From Candidatus Methylomirabilia bacterium (GTDB lineage Bacteria > Methylomirabilota > Methylomirabilia > Rokubacteriales > CSP1-6), in assembly GCA_041497895.1 (NCBI GenBank), contig JBGQHJ010000101.1, positions 1 through 17,758 of the forward strand: 17,758 bases of DNA, read 5' to 3'. The first letter of the stretch is position 1. The number at the start of each line of letters is the position of its first letter. The notes under the pieces were generated by a model. That model was given only the letters and a program-made list of their open reading frames with translations. It did not search any database and was not told the origin of the DNA. The position numbers were made by a program, and so were the translations under genes. Below, in pieces: positions 6,323 through 16,034 of the stretch.

Positions 6323-7858
6323 ATGAGCGACCACCCCGTGCCGACCTCCACGCTCCTCGACGCCCTGCCGGACAAGACGGTGCTGGGCACGCTGCCCGCC
6401 CAGGTGGCCGGCCTGGCGTACGACTCGCGAAAGGTCGCGGCGGGCGCGCTCTTCGTGGCGATCCCCGGCTTCAAGCAGGACGGCCGACGCTTCGCGGCGG
6501 ACGCGCTCGGCCGCGGCGCGACCGTGGTGGTGGCCGAGGGCGGCGATCCCCTCCCGGGCAGCGCGACGGCGCGGGTCCTGGTGCCCTCCTCGCGCGAGGC
6601 CCTGGCGCGGCTCGCCGACGCCTATCACGGCCACCCGTCGCGGCGCCTCACCGTGGTCGGCATCACCGGCACCAACGGCAAGACCACCACGTCGCTCCTG
6701 GTCGAGGCGCTGCTCGGCGCGGGCGGCCGGCCGACCGGCGTGATCGGCACCATCCAGTACCGGGTGGGCACCCAGGCCGAGGCCGCGAGCCAGACCACAC
6801 CCGAGGCGCTCGAGCTGCAGGCCCTGCTGGCGCGCATGGTGCAAGCCGGGGTGGGCGGCGCAGCCATGGAGGTGTCCTCCCACGCGCTCTCCCTCTCGCG
6901 CGTCGACGGTATCGAGTTCGACGTGGCCGTCTTCACCAACCTCACCCAGGACCACCTCGACTTCCACAAGACGCTCGAGGCCTACCGTGACACGAAGGCC
7001 CGGCTGTTCGGCCTGCTCGCGACCGGGCACAAGCCGCGCCGCGCCGCGGTGGTGAACGTGGACGACCCCGCGGGGGCCGCCATGGTCCGCGCCGCCTCCG
7101 CCGATCCCCGGGTGCGGATCCTGACCTTCGGCCTGCGCGCCCCCGCCCTACTGCGGCCGCGGCGCTGGGAGTCTGGGATGGGCGGCATCGAGCTCGAGAT
7201 CGCCTCGCCCGAGGGCGCGATCGAGATCACCTCCGCGCTGGTCGGCGAGCACAATGTGATGAATCTCCTGGGGGCCGCCGGCGTCGGACTGGCGCTCCAG
7301 ATGGAGCCCCGGCAGATCGGCCAGATCCTCTCCGGCGTCGCCACCGTCCCGGGACGCTTCGAGCGGGTCGAGGCCGGCCAGCCGTTCCTGGTCGTCGTGG
7401 ACTACGCGCACACTCCGGACGCGCTCGAGAACGTGCTGACCACCGCCCGCAAGCTGCTCAAGCCCGGGGCGCGGCTCGGCGTGGTGTTCGGCTGCGGCGG
7501 CGACCGCGACCGGGGCAAGCGCCCGATCATGGGCGGCATCGCCGCGCGCCTCGCGGACCGGGCTTGGGTCACCTCCGACAACCCGCGCAGCGAGGAGCCG
7601 GAGGCCATCCTGGCCGAGATCGAGACCGGCATCCCCGCCTCCGGGGCGGCCCGCCACGAGTCCATCGCGGACCGGCGACGGGCCATCCAGGGTGCGATCG
7701 GCTGGGCGCGTGAGGGGGACGTGGTCGTCATCGCGGGCAAGGGCCACGAGACCTACCAGATCGTCGGCTCGGAGGTGCTGCCGTTCGACGACCGCGAGGT
7801 GGCGCGGACGGCGCTGGCCGAGCGCGGGGGAGCGGGAGGGCACGGATGGCGGGCCTGA
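6323..7858 (+). CDS. murE: UDP-N-acetylmuramoyl-L-alanyl-D-glutamate--2,6-diaminopimelate ligase
   Basis: [57 protein letters not shown] (meso-DAP type) and AGKGHE. Confidence 0.97.
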   Translation: MSDHPVPTSTLLDALPDKTVLGTLPAQVAGLAYDSRKVAAGALFVAIPGFKQDGRRFAADALGRGATVVVAEGGDPLPGSATARVLVPSSREALARLADAYHGHPSRRLTVVGITGTNGKTTTSLLVEALLGAGGRPTGVIGTIQYRVGTQAEAASQTTPEALELQALLARMVQAGVGGAAMEVSSHALSLSRVDGIEFDVAVFTNLTQDHLDFHKTLEAYRDTKARLFGLLATGHKPRRAAVVNVDDPAGAAMVRAASADPRVRILTFGLRAPALLRPRRWESGMGGIELEIASPEGAIEITSALVGEHNVMNLLGAAGVGLALQMEPRQIGQILSGVATVPGRFERVEAGQPFLVVVDYAHTPDALENVLTTARKLLKPGARLGVVFGCGGDRDRGKRPIMGGIAARLADRAWVTSDNPRSEEPEAILAEIETGIPASGAARHESIADRRRAIQGAIGWAREGDVVVIAGKGHETYQIVGSEVLPFDDREVARTALAERGGAGGHGWRA

Positions 7859-9237
7859 GCGTCGAGGACGTGGTCCGCGGTACCCAGGGCGCGCTCGTGG
7901 CGGGCGACCTCGGCGTGCCGGTGACCGGCGTCAGCATCGACAGCCGCCACCTGGCCATCGGCTGTGCCTTCTTCGCGATCCAGGGGCCGAATCGCGACGG
8001 CCACGCCTTCCTGCGGGACGCGGCGGCGCGCGGGGCCTCGTGCCTGGTGGTCCACAACCTGCCCGACGACCTGCCGCCGTCGGTGCCGACGATCCTGGTC
8101 GACGACACCACCCGCGCCCTCGGGCGACTCGGCGCCTATCACCGTGCGCGCTTCACCGTCCCGGTCGCCGCGGTCACCGGCTCCAACGGCAAGACCACCA
8201 CCAAGGAGATGATGGCCTCGGTGCTGGAGGCGCTCGGGCCGGTGCTCAAGCCGGAGGGCAGCTTCAACAACCAGTGGGGCCTGCCGCTCACCCTGCTCCG
8301 CCTCGGTCCCGAGCACCGGGCGCTCGCGCTCGAGCTGGGCGCCAACACCCCGGGCGAGATCGAGTCGCTCGCCGCGATCTGCCGGCCCACGGTCGGGGTG
8401 GTCACGGTGGTGCAGGGGGCCCACACCGAGGCCTTCGGCTCGCTCGACGGCGTGGCCACCGAGAAGAGCGCGCTGGTCCGCGCGATCCCGCCCGACGGCA
8501 CGGTGGTGCTCAACGCGGACGATCCGCGGGTGCTGGCGATGCGGGACCAGAGCCGCGCGCGGGTCCTCTACTACGGCACGCGCCCGGGGACCGACGTCCA
8601 CGCGGTGGGCCCGGCCGCCGATCCGGGCGACGGGCTCCGCTTCACGCTCGCGATCGGCACCGCGCAGCGCCCGGTGCGCCTCCACTTCGCGGGCCGGCAC
8701 AACGTGACCAACGCGCTCGCCGCCGCCGGCGTCGGCCTGGCCCTCGGGCTCTCGCTCGAGCAGATCGCGCGGGGTCTGGAGGCGGCCCGGCCGGCCAAGG
8801 GGCGCTGCGTGTGGCGCCCCGCGGGCCGTCTGCGCATCCTGGACGACACCTACAACGCCAATCCCGGCTCGGTGGCCGCCGCGCTCGAGACCCTGGCCGC
8901 GCCGTCGGACGTGCGCCGGCGCGTGGTGGTGCTGGGCGACATGCTCGAGCTGGGGGAGATCAGCGAGGCCGCCCACCGCGACATGGGGCGGGCGGTGGCC
9001 GCCTCCGGCGCGGCGGAGTTCCTCGGGATGGGCCGCTGGGCGCGGGTGGCGGTGGAGGCCGCGCGCCAGGCCGGGCTCGCCGAGAGCCATCACGTGACCA
9101 CGTTCGAGGATGCGGTGGCGCTGCTGCTCAAGCGGCTGGCGCCCGGCGACGCGGTGCTCGTCAAGGGCTCCCGGGGCATGCGCATGGAGCGCGTGGTGGA
9201 CGCGCTCGTGGCCCGCTTCGGAGGAGAAGATGCCTGA
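7846..9237 (+). CDS. murF: UDP-N-acetylmuramoyl-tripeptide--D-alanyl-D-alanine ligase
   Basis: SIDSR, DGHAF, VTGSNGKTTTKEM, FNNQWGLPLTL, DDTYNANP, LGDMLELG and VKGSRG. Overlaps the murE end by 13 nt, with SD GGAGG upstream. Confidence 0.96.
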   Translation: MAGLSVEDVVRGTQGALVAGDLGVPVTGVSIDSRHLAIGCAFFAIQGPNRDGHAFLRDAAARGASCLVVHNLPDDLPPSVPTILVDDTTRALGRLGAYHRARFTVPVAAVTGSNGKTTTKEMMASVLEALGPVLKPEGSFNNQWGLPLTLLRLGPEHRALALELGANTPGEIESLAAICRPTVGVVTVVQGAHTEAFGSLDGVATEKSALVRAIPPDGTVVLNADDPRVLAMRDQSRARVLYYGTRPGTDVHAVGPAADPGDGLRFTLAIGTAQRPVRLHFAGRHNVTNALAAAGVGLALGLSLEQIARGLEAARPAKGRCVWRPAGRLRILDDTYNANPGSVAAALETLAAPSDVRRRVVVLGDMLELGEISEAAHRDMGRAVAASGAAEFLGMGRWARVAVEAARQAGLAESHHVTTFEDAVALLLKRLAPGDAVLVKGSRGMRMERVVDALVARFGGEDA

Positions 9238-10319
9238 TGCTCTACGAGCTGCTGGTGCCGCTCGCCAAGTACCACACCGCCTTCAACGTGTTCCGGTACA
9301 TCACGTTCCGGACCGCGATGGCGACGGTCACCGCGCTGGTGATCTCGTTCATCCTGGGCCCCTGGTTGATCACCCGGCTGCGCGAGATGCAGCACGGCGG
9401 ATCGTCGGTCCGGGAGGACACCCCGGAGCGGCACCAGAAGACCAAGGCGGGGACGCCCACCATGGGGGGCATCGGGATCCTGGTGGCGATCCTCGCGTCC
9501 ACCCTGCTCTGGGCGAACCTGCGCAACCGCTACGTGTGGGTGCTGGTGCTGGCCACCGCCGGGCTCGGGCTGATCGGCCTCAAGGACGACTGGAAGAAGC
9601 TCAAGACCCGCAAGGGCATCTCGGCGCGCGAGAAGTTCGGGGCCCAGATCCTGCTGGTCGGCCTGCTGATGGGGTGGCTCTACTTCTGGCCGCCCGACGG
9701 CTTCACCACCAGCGTCGTGATCCCCTTCTTCAAGGGCTGGCTCCTCACCTTCGGCTGGCTCTGGATCCCCTTCGCGATCCTGGTGATCGTGGGCGCGTCC
9801 AACGCGGTGAACCTGACCGACGGGCTGGACGGGCTCGCCATCGGGCCGATCGTGACCGCGGGCGGGGCCTTCGCGGTGATCGCGTACCTCACCGGCAACT
9901 TCCGGGCCGCCGAGTACCTGCGCATCCTGAACGTCAAGGGCACCGGCGAGCTGACGATCTTCTGCGGGGCGCTGGTGGGCGCCGCGCTCGGCTTCCTGTG
10001 GTTCAACAGCTACCCGGCCCAGGTCTTCATGGGGGACGTGGGCTCGCTGTCGCTCGGCGGCTCGCTCGGCACCCTCGCGGTGGTCACCAAGTCGGAGCTC
10101 CTGCTGCCGCTCATCGGCGGCATCTACGTGGTGGAGGCGGCCTCGGTCATCATCCAGGTCGCCTCCTTCAAGCTGACCGGACGGCGGGTGTTTCGCATGG
10201 CGCCGCTGCACCACCACTACGAGATCAAGGGATGGGCGGAGCCCAAGATCATCGTGCGGTTCTGGATCGTGTCGATCATGCTGGCGCTGCTGGCCCTCAC
10301 CACTCTCAAGCTCCGCTAG
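9237..10319 (+). CDS. mraY: Phospho-N-acetylmuramoyl-pentapeptide transferase
   Basis: ATG in a TGATG overlap with the murF stop. 360-aa polytopic membrane protein with FRYITFR, KAGTPTMGG, DD, NAVNLTDGLDG, FMGDVG and APLHHH. Confidence 0.97.
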   Translation: MLYELLVPLAKYHTAFNVFRYITFRTAMATVTALVISFILGPWLITRLREMQHGGSSVREDTPERHQKTKAGTPTMGGIGILVAILASTLLWANLRNRYVWVLVLATAGLGLIGLKDDWKKLKTRKGISAREKFGAQILLVGLLMGWLYFWPPDGFTTSVVIPFFKGWLLTFGWLWIPFAILVIVGASNAVNLTDGLDGLAIGPIVTAGGAFAVIAYLTGNFRAAEYLRILNVKGTGELTIFCGALVGAALGFLWFNSYPAQVFMGDVGSLSLGGSLGTLAVVTKSELLLPLIGGIYVVEAASVIIQVASFKLTGRRVFRMAPLHHHYEIKGWAEPKIIVRFWIVSIMLALLALTTLKLR

Positions 10320-10330
10320 GGTGACATGAC

Positions 10331-11776
10331 ATGGCGATTCTGGCGACACCGCGGCGCGACGCCGCGTACCAGGTGGGGATCTTCGTGAGCGGTGACGGGA
10401 CGCGCGGCGTGCCGTACCGCGAGTCGCTCGCGGGCAAGACGGTGGCGGTGGTGGGCCTCGCCAAGAGCGGGGTCGCGGCGGCCCGGCTGCTGCGCCGGCT
10501 CGGGGCGCGCGTGCTCGCCTCGGACTCGGGAACGCTCGAGAGCCTCGCGGCGGAGGCGCGCATGCTGGATCGGGACGGCTGCGCGCTCTGGACCGGCGGC
10601 CACCCCGACGCCGCGTTCTTGGGGGCGGATCTGGTCGTCGTGAGCCCGGGCGTGCCGCTCGAGCTGCCCGCGCTGGCCGCGGTGCGCGGGCGCGGGGTGC
10701 CGGTCATCGGCGAGCTCGAGCTGGCCTGGCGGGTGATGGAGGCCGACTGCATCGCGATCACCGGCACCAACGGCAAGACCACCACCACCGCGCTCACCGG
10801 CGAGCTGCTGCGCACCCAGGTGCGGCCGGTGATGGTGGGCGGCAACATCGGCACCCCGCTCGCCGAGCACGCGCTCGAGTTCCCGGGGGACGGCATCGTC
10901 GTGGCGGAAGTGTCGAGCTTTCAGCTCGACGCGGTCGACCGCTTCCGCCCGCGGGTGGCGGTGGTCCTGAACGTGACCCCGGACCACCTCGACCGCCACG
11001 GCACCTTCGAGCGCTACGTGGACGCCAAGGCGCGCATCTTCGCCAACCAGACCGCGACCGACTGCGCGGTGCTGAACGCGGACGACCCGGTCACCGCCGG
11101 GCTCGCGGGGCGGGCGCGCGGGCGGGTGATCTGGTTCAGCCGCGCGAGCACACTGCCGCACGGGGTGTTCATCTACGACGGCTGGATCGTGGCCAAGCTC
11201 AACGGCAGCACCGAGCGGATCTGTCCGGTGAGCGCGATCACCCTGCGGGGCCAGCACAACGTGGAGAACGTCCTGGCCGCCACCGCGTGCGCGCTGTGGA
11301 CCGGGATGGCGCCCGCCGCGATCCGGCGCGGGATCTCCGCGTTCCGCGGGGTCGCCCACCGCATCGAGCGCGTGCACGACGACCGCGGGGTCGTCTACTA
11401 CAACGATTCCAAGGGCACCAACGTCGATTCCACCATCAAGGCCCTCGAGAGCTTCACCGAGCCGGTCGTGCTGATCGCGGGCGGCAAGGGCAAGGGCCAG
11501 GACTTCGGCCCCCTCGCCGAGGCGGCTCGCGGCCGGGTGCGGCGGGCGATCCTCATCGGCCAGGACCGGGCCCAGATCCGGGCCGCGCTCGAGCCGGCCG
11601 GGGTGCCCACCGAGGACGCGGAGTCGATGGAGGACGCGGTCCGGCGCGCCCGCGCCGCGGCGGGAGTGGGCGACGTGGTGCTGCTGTCCCCGGCCTGTGC
11701 GTCGTTCGACATGTTCCGCAACTACGAGCACCGCGGCGACGTCTTCAAGGCCGTGGTGCGGGCGCTGCTCGGCTGA
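10331..11776 (+). CDS. murD: UDP-N-acetylmuramoyl-L-alanine--D-glutamate ligase
   Basis: [51 protein letters not shown] and [11 protein letters not shown]. The start may instead be GTG 10385, which has an SD-like AGGTGGGG upstream. Confidence 0.96.
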   Translation: MAILATPRRDAAYQVGIFVSGDGTRGVPYRESLAGKTVAVVGLAKSGVAAARLLRRLGARVLASDSGTLESLAAEARMLDRDGCALWTGGHPDAAFLGADLVVVSPGVPLELPALAAVRGRGVPVIGELELAWRVMEADCIAITGTNGKTTTTALTGELLRTQVRPVMVGGNIGTPLAEHALEFPGDGIVVAEVSSFQLDAVDRFRPRVAVVLNVTPDHLDRHGTFERYVDAKARIFANQTATDCAVLNADDPVTAGLAGRARGRVIWFSRASTLPHGVFIYDGWIVAKLNGSTERICPVSAITLRGQHNVENVLAATACALWTGMAPAAIRRGISAFRGVAHRIERVHDDRGVVYYNDSKGTNVDSTIKALESFTEPVVLIAGGKGKGQDFGPLAEAARGRVRRAILIGQDRAQIRAALEPAGVPTEDAESMEDAVRRARAAAGVGDVVLLSPACASFDMFRNYEHRGDVFKAVVRALLG

Positions 11777-12876
11777 TGCCCCGCAAGCTCACGCCCGACC
11801 TGCCCCTCTTCGGAGTGGTGGTGACCCTCGTGTGCGTGGGCGTGGTGATGGTCTACTCGGCGAGCGCGATCGTGGCCGCCGACCGCTTCCACGACCCGTT
11901 CTTCTTCCTGAAGAAGCAGCTCTTCTGGGCCGTGCTCGGCCTGGGCTGCCTGTGGGGCGGCATGCTGCTCGACTACCGGAACCTGGAGCGGTTCGTGATG
12001 CCGCTCCTGGTCGTCTCCTTCGTGCTGCTGGTCCTGGTCCTGGTGCCGCCGTTCGGCCAATCGATCAACGGCACGCGGCGCTGGTTCCACGTGGGCCCGG
12101 TCTCGTTCCAGCCGGTGGAGCTGGCCAAGTTCGCGCTCGTCCTCTATCTCGCCTCCTTCCTCACCCGACGGCAGGAGGTCCTCGCCCGCTTCACCGAGGG
12201 CCTGCTGCCGGTGCTGCTGGTGGCGGGGGGCATGGCCGCGCTCACGCTGCTCCAGCCCGACCTGGGCAACAGCCTGGCCCTGGTCATCCTGACCCTGGTC
12301 CTCGCCTACCTGGCCGGCGCGCGCGTGCAGCACATGGCGCTGATCGCGGGCGCGGCGCTACCGGTGGTGGTCGCCCTGATCGCGCTCAAGCCCTACCGGT
12401 GGCGGCGGATGGTCGCGTTCATGAACCCGTGGGACGATCCCCAGGGCAGCGGCTTCCAGATCATCCAGTCGTTCCTGGCGCTGGGGTCGGGGGGCTGGCT
12501 CGGGGTCGGGCTCGGCGACTCCAAGCAGAAGCTCTTCTACCTGCCCGAGCCCTACACCGACTTCATCTTCGCGATCATCGGCGAGGAGCTGGGGCTGATC
12601 GGGGCCACCGTGATCGTGGCCCTCTTCGCCCTGCTCATCTGGCGCGGCCTGCGCATCGGCCTGCGGGCGCCCGATTCCTTCGGGGCCTTCCTGGGGCTCG
12701 GGCTCACCATCATGCTCGCCACCCAGACCATCGTGAACCTGGGCGTGGTGACCGGGGCGCTGCCCACCAAGGGGCTGCCGCTGCCGTTCATCTCCTTCGG
12801 GGGCTCCGCGCTGCTCATGACCATGTTCTCGGCGGGCGTGCTGCTCAACATCTCGCAGCACGGGAGAGCGGCCTAG
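11776..12876 (+). CDS. ftsW: SEDS peptidoglycan glycosyltransferase FtsW
   Basis: ATG in a TGATG overlap with the murD stop. 366 aa with [38 protein letters not shown] and [15 protein letters not shown]. Confidence 0.96.
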   Translation: MPRKLTPDLPLFGVVVTLVCVGVVMVYSASAIVAADRFHDPFFFLKKQLFWAVLGLGCLWGGMLLDYRNLERFVMPLLVVSFVLLVLVLVPPFGQSINGTRRWFHVGPVSFQPVELAKFALVLYLASFLTRRQEVLARFTEGLLPVLLVAGGMAALTLLQPDLGNSLALVILTLVLAYLAGARVQHMALIAGAALPVVVALIALKPYRWRRMVAFMNPWDDPQGSGFQIIQSFLALGSGGWLGVGLGDSKQKLFYLPEPYTDFIFAIIGEELGLIGATVIVALFALLIWRGLRIGLRAPDSFGAFLGLGLTIMLATQTIVNLGVVTGALPTKGLPLPFISFGGSALLMTMFSAGVLLNISQHGRAA

Positions 12877-14282
12877 TGTTCAAGAAGTACCAGCACATCC
12901 ACTTCGTGGGCATCGGCGGCGTCGGCATGAGCGGCATCGCCGAGGTCCTGCTCACGCTCGGCTACCGGGTCACCGGCTCCGACGCCCGGCGCAGCGACGC
13001 GGTGGAGCGGCTCGAGCGGCTGGGGGCCAAGGTCTTCCTGGGCCACGCCGCCGCCCACGTGGAGGGGGCGCACGTGGTCGTCTACTCCTCCGCGGTGGCG
13101 CGCGACAACGTGGAAGTAGCGGCCGCGCGTCAGCGCGGCATCCCGGTCATCGCGCGGGCCGAGATGCTCGCCGAGCTGATGCGGCTCAAGTACGGCATCG
13201 CGATCGCGGGCACCCACGGCAAGACCACCACCACCTCGATGGTGGCCGCGGTGCTGGGCGCGGGCGGCTTCGATCCCACCGTGGTGGTGGGCGGCCGCGT
13301 GCACGGGCTCGGCACGAACGCCCGGCTCGGCCAGGGCGAGTTCCTGGTCGCGGAGGCCGACGAATCCGACGGCTCGTTCCTCAAGCTCACCCCCACCATC
13401 GCGGTGGTGACCACCGTCGACGCCGAGCATCTCGACCACTACCCGGATCTCGACGCCATCGTCACCGCGTTCCTCGCCTTCGTGAACAAGGTGCCGTTCT
13501 ACGGCTGCGCGGTGGTCTGCCTCGACGACCTCAACCTGCAGCGAATGATCCCGAGGATGATGGACAAGCGGGTGGTGACCTACGGCCTGGAGGCGGGTGC
13601 CGACGTCACCGCGCGCCGGCTCCAGTTCACCGAGATGCGCTCGACGTGCGAGGTGGTGCACCGCGCGGTTCCGCTCGGGACCATGACGCTGCAGATCCCG
13701 GGCCGCCACAACGTGCTCAACGCGCTGGCCGCCACCGCGGTCGCGCTCGACCTCGAGATCCCGTTCGAGAAGATCCAGTCCGCCCTGGCCGGCTTCGCGG
13801 GCGTGCAGCGCCGCTTCCAGATCCGCGGCACCGCCCGCGACGTGCTCGTCGTCGACGACTACGGCCACCACCCCACCGAGATCCGCGCCACCCTCGCCGC
13901 CGCCAAGGCGGGGTTCGACCGCCGCGTGATCACGGTGTTCCAGCCGCATCGCTACTCGCGCACCCAGCACCTGCGCGACGACTTCCTGACCGCGTTCTAC
14001 CAGTCCGACGTCCTCATCGTCATGGACATCTACGCCGCGGGCGAGGCGCCGATTCCCGGCGTGCACGCCCGCGACCTGGCCGACGGCATCGCGGCCCACG
14101 GGCACCGCGAGGTGCTCTATCTCGGCAGCGACCGGGCGGCCATCATCGACTACCTGTGCGAATCCACCAGAGCGGGTGATCTCGTGCTCACTCTCGGGGC
14201 CGGCGACGTGGGCCAGCTGGGCGGGGAACTGCTCCAGCGGCTCGGCGACGATCCCGGGACGTTGTCGAAAGGGAGACCATAA
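12876..14282 (+). CDS. murC: UDP-N-acetylmuramate--L-alanine ligase
   Basis: GTG start in a TAGTG overlap with the ftsW stop, with SD GGGAG upstream. [42 protein letters not shown] and FQPHRYSRT. Confidence 0.97.
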   Translation: MFKKYQHIHFVGIGGVGMSGIAEVLLTLGYRVTGSDARRSDAVERLERLGAKVFLGHAAAHVEGAHVVVYSSAVARDNVEVAAARQRGIPVIARAEMLAELMRLKYGIAIAGTHGKTTTTSMVAAVLGAGGFDPTVVVGGRVHGLGTNARLGQGEFLVAEADESDGSFLKLTPTIAVVTTVDAEHLDHYPDLDAIVTAFLAFVNKVPFYGCAVVCLDDLNLQRMIPRMMDKRVVTYGLEAGADVTARRLQFTEMRSTCEVVHRAVPLGTMTLQIPGRHNVLNALAATAVALDLEIPFEKIQSALAGFAGVQRRFQIRGTARDVLVVDDYGHHPTEIRATLAAAKAGFDRRVITVFQPHRYSRTQHLRDDFLTAFYQSDVLIVMDIYAAGEAPIPGVHARDLADGIAAHGHREVLYLGSDRAAIIDYLCESTRAGDLVLTLGAGDVGQLGGELLQRLGDDPGTLSKGRP

Positions 14283-15163
14283 TGCTGGGAGAGATCCGGG
14301 GCGAGGTCCGGTTCAAGGAGCCGCTCAGCTTCCACACCTCCTTGCGCATCGGAGGTCCCGCGGACATCTTCATCGTCCCTCAGGACGTGGAAGACATCCG
14401 ATGCGCGCTGTCGTTCGCCGAGCGGGAGCAGCTCTCGATCGACGTCATCGGCGGCGGCAACAACCTGCTGGTCAGCGACCGGGGCGTCCGCGGCGTGGTG
14501 CTCAAGCTCGAGGGCTGCCTCGGCCGCGCCGAGTTCAACGGCGAGGAGGCGGTGGCCGGCGCGGGGGTGAGCCTCTCGGCCCTGATCCGCGAGGCGGCCG
14601 CGCTCAACCTGGGCGGCATCGAGTGTCTGGTCGGGGTGCCGGCCACCGTCGGGGGGGCGGTGGCCATGAACGCGGGCACCCCGGACGGCGGCATCGCGGA
14701 CTTCATCTCCGCGGTCTACTTCCTCCATCCCGACGGCACCCTCGGCGAGTTCAAGCCGGGAGCGGGCTCGTTCAGCTACCGGATGTTCGCCGCGCCGCCG
14801 CGCTCGGTGCTCATCGGGGCCCGGCTGCAGCTGCACCGGCGGCCCTTCGCGGAGATCCAGAAGGACATCAAGCAGCGCCTCAAGCAGAAGAAGGCGACCC
14901 AGCCCCTCGCGCTGGCCTCCGCGGGGTGGGTGTGGAAGAACCCGCAGGGCGAGACCGCCTCGCGCCTCATCGAGAAGGTCGGGCTCAAGGGCAAGCGCCT
15001 GAACGGCGCCGAGATCTCGGCCAAGCACGCCAACTTCATCGTCAACCGCGGGGGCGCCGCCGCGACCGACATCAAGGCGCTCATGCAGCTCACCCTCGAT
15101 CGGGTGCGCAACCACTTCGGCATCACGCTCGAGCCCGAGATGAAGACCATGGGAGAGATTTGA
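14282..15163 (+). CDS. murB: UDP-N-acetylenolpyruvoylglucosamine reductase (short, type II-like; divergent active-site motifs)
   Basis: TAATG overlap with murC. HTSLRIGGPAD, GGGNNLLVSD, GVPATVGGAVAMNAG, FSYR, TQP..SAGWVWKNP, SAKHANFIVN and LEPE. Confidence 0.93.
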   Translation: MLGEIRGEVRFKEPLSFHTSLRIGGPADIFIVPQDVEDIRCALSFAEREQLSIDVIGGGNNLLVSDRGVRGVVLKLEGCLGRAEFNGEEAVAGAGVSLSALIREAAALNLGGIECLVGVPATVGGAVAMNAGTPDGGIADFISAVYFLHPDGTLGEFKPGAGSFSYRMFAAPPRSVLIGARLQLHRRPFAEIQKDIKQRLKQKKATQPLALASAGWVWKNPQGETASRLIEKVGLKGKRLNGAEISAKHANFIVNRGGAAATDIKALMQLTLDRVRNHFGITLEPEMKTMGEI

Positions 15164-16026
15164 GGACCCACAGCTCCGTCCTCTCCCCGCGGGCGGGCCG
15201 CGGCCGGCTCGCGGACCTGGCCGAGCGCGGCCCCGCGATGGAGCGGCAGCGCGTTTCCCGCGCGCGCCTGGCCCGGCGGGTCACCCGCCGGGTGCACTGG
15301 GTCACCTCGCGGGCGGTCCCCATCGGGATCGCGCTGGCGGTGCTCGGCGCGGGCGGGCTCGGGGCGCTGTGGGCGCTCACCTCGCCGCGCTTCACCGTCA
15401 CCGAGGTGGCGGTCACCGGGGCGAGCCGGCTGCGCCCCGAGGACGTGGTGGCCGCCTCCGGCATCGGCCCCGGCACCAATCTCTTCCGCCTGGACCGCGC
15501 CGCGGTGGTGGCGCGCCTGGAGGCGCTGCCGCTCATCCGGCGCGCCGACATGGTGCGACGCTTTCCGAACCAGGTGACGCTCGCGGTGGAGGAGCGGCGC
15601 CCCTTCACGCTGGCCCACGCGGGCCGGCTGCACTGGATCGACGAGCAGGGCGTGAACCTGGGGGCCGAGACGCGGGCGGTGGCGCCCAGGGCCCCGGTCA
15701 TCACCGGGCTCGGACCGGCCGACCTCGCCTCGGGCGACGGGGGGCCCTCGCCGCGGGTGGCGGCGGGGATCTCGCTGCTCCGGGTGCTGCTGCGCTCGGA
15801 GACCACGCTGCTCCAGCAGATCTCCGAGATCGACGTGAGCCGCCCGGACGGGCCGGTGCTCTACACGGTGGACGGCATCGAGGTCCGGCTGGGGGCCGAC
15901 GACTGGGAAGGCCGGCTGGGCCGGCTGCAGGGCGTGCTCGCCCAGGTGCGGTCGGGCGGCGAGGCGGTGGGCGCGATCGACTTGCGGTTCCGCGATCAGG
16001 TGGTCCTCAAGACCGTGACGAGGTGA
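15160..16026 (+). CDS. ftsQ: Cell division protein FtsQ/DivIB
   Basis: Arg-rich N-terminus, one TM helix, POTRA domain (FTVTEVAVTG...LPLIRRADMVRRFPNQVTLAVEERRP) and C-terminal IDLRF. Start is TTG 15160 (TTGA overlap with the murB stop) or ATG 15238. Confidence 0.9.
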   Translation: MRTHSSVLSPRAGRGRLADLAERGPAMERQRVSRARLARRVTRRVHWVTSRAVPIGIALAVLGAGGLGALWALTSPRFTVTEVAVTGASRLRPEDVVAASGIGPGTNLFRLDRAAVVARLEALPLIRRADMVRRFPNQVTLAVEERRPFTLAHAGRLHWIDEQGVNLGAETRAVAPRAPVITGLGPADLASGDGGPSPRVAAGISLLRVLLRSETTLLQQISEIDVSRPDGPVLYTVDGIEVRLGADDWEGRLGRLQGVLAQVRSGGEAVGAIDLRFRDQVVLKTVTR

Positions 16027-16034
16027 GGAGGGCA

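Noticed and set aside
3817..6474. 885-aa minus-strand ORF, the 672-aa ORF at 4308-6326, and the other long antisense ORFs across the cluster
   Set aside because: Antisense or shifted frames of well-supported genes, expected from strong GC3 bias, with no recognisable domains.
7692..10319. Apparent 875-aa MraY with a giant N-terminal extension or MurF-MraY fusion
   Set aside because: The first 515 aa are an off-frame read of murE/murF. The real start is ATG 9237, overlapping the murF stop.
6662..10785. Identical 29-nt sequence ATCACCGGCACCAACGGCAAGACCACCAC at 6662-6690 and 10757-10785, with similar copies in murF and murC
   Set aside because: Encodes the shared Mur-ligase P-loop (ITGTNGKTT) in preferred codons; not a mobile or regulatory repeat.
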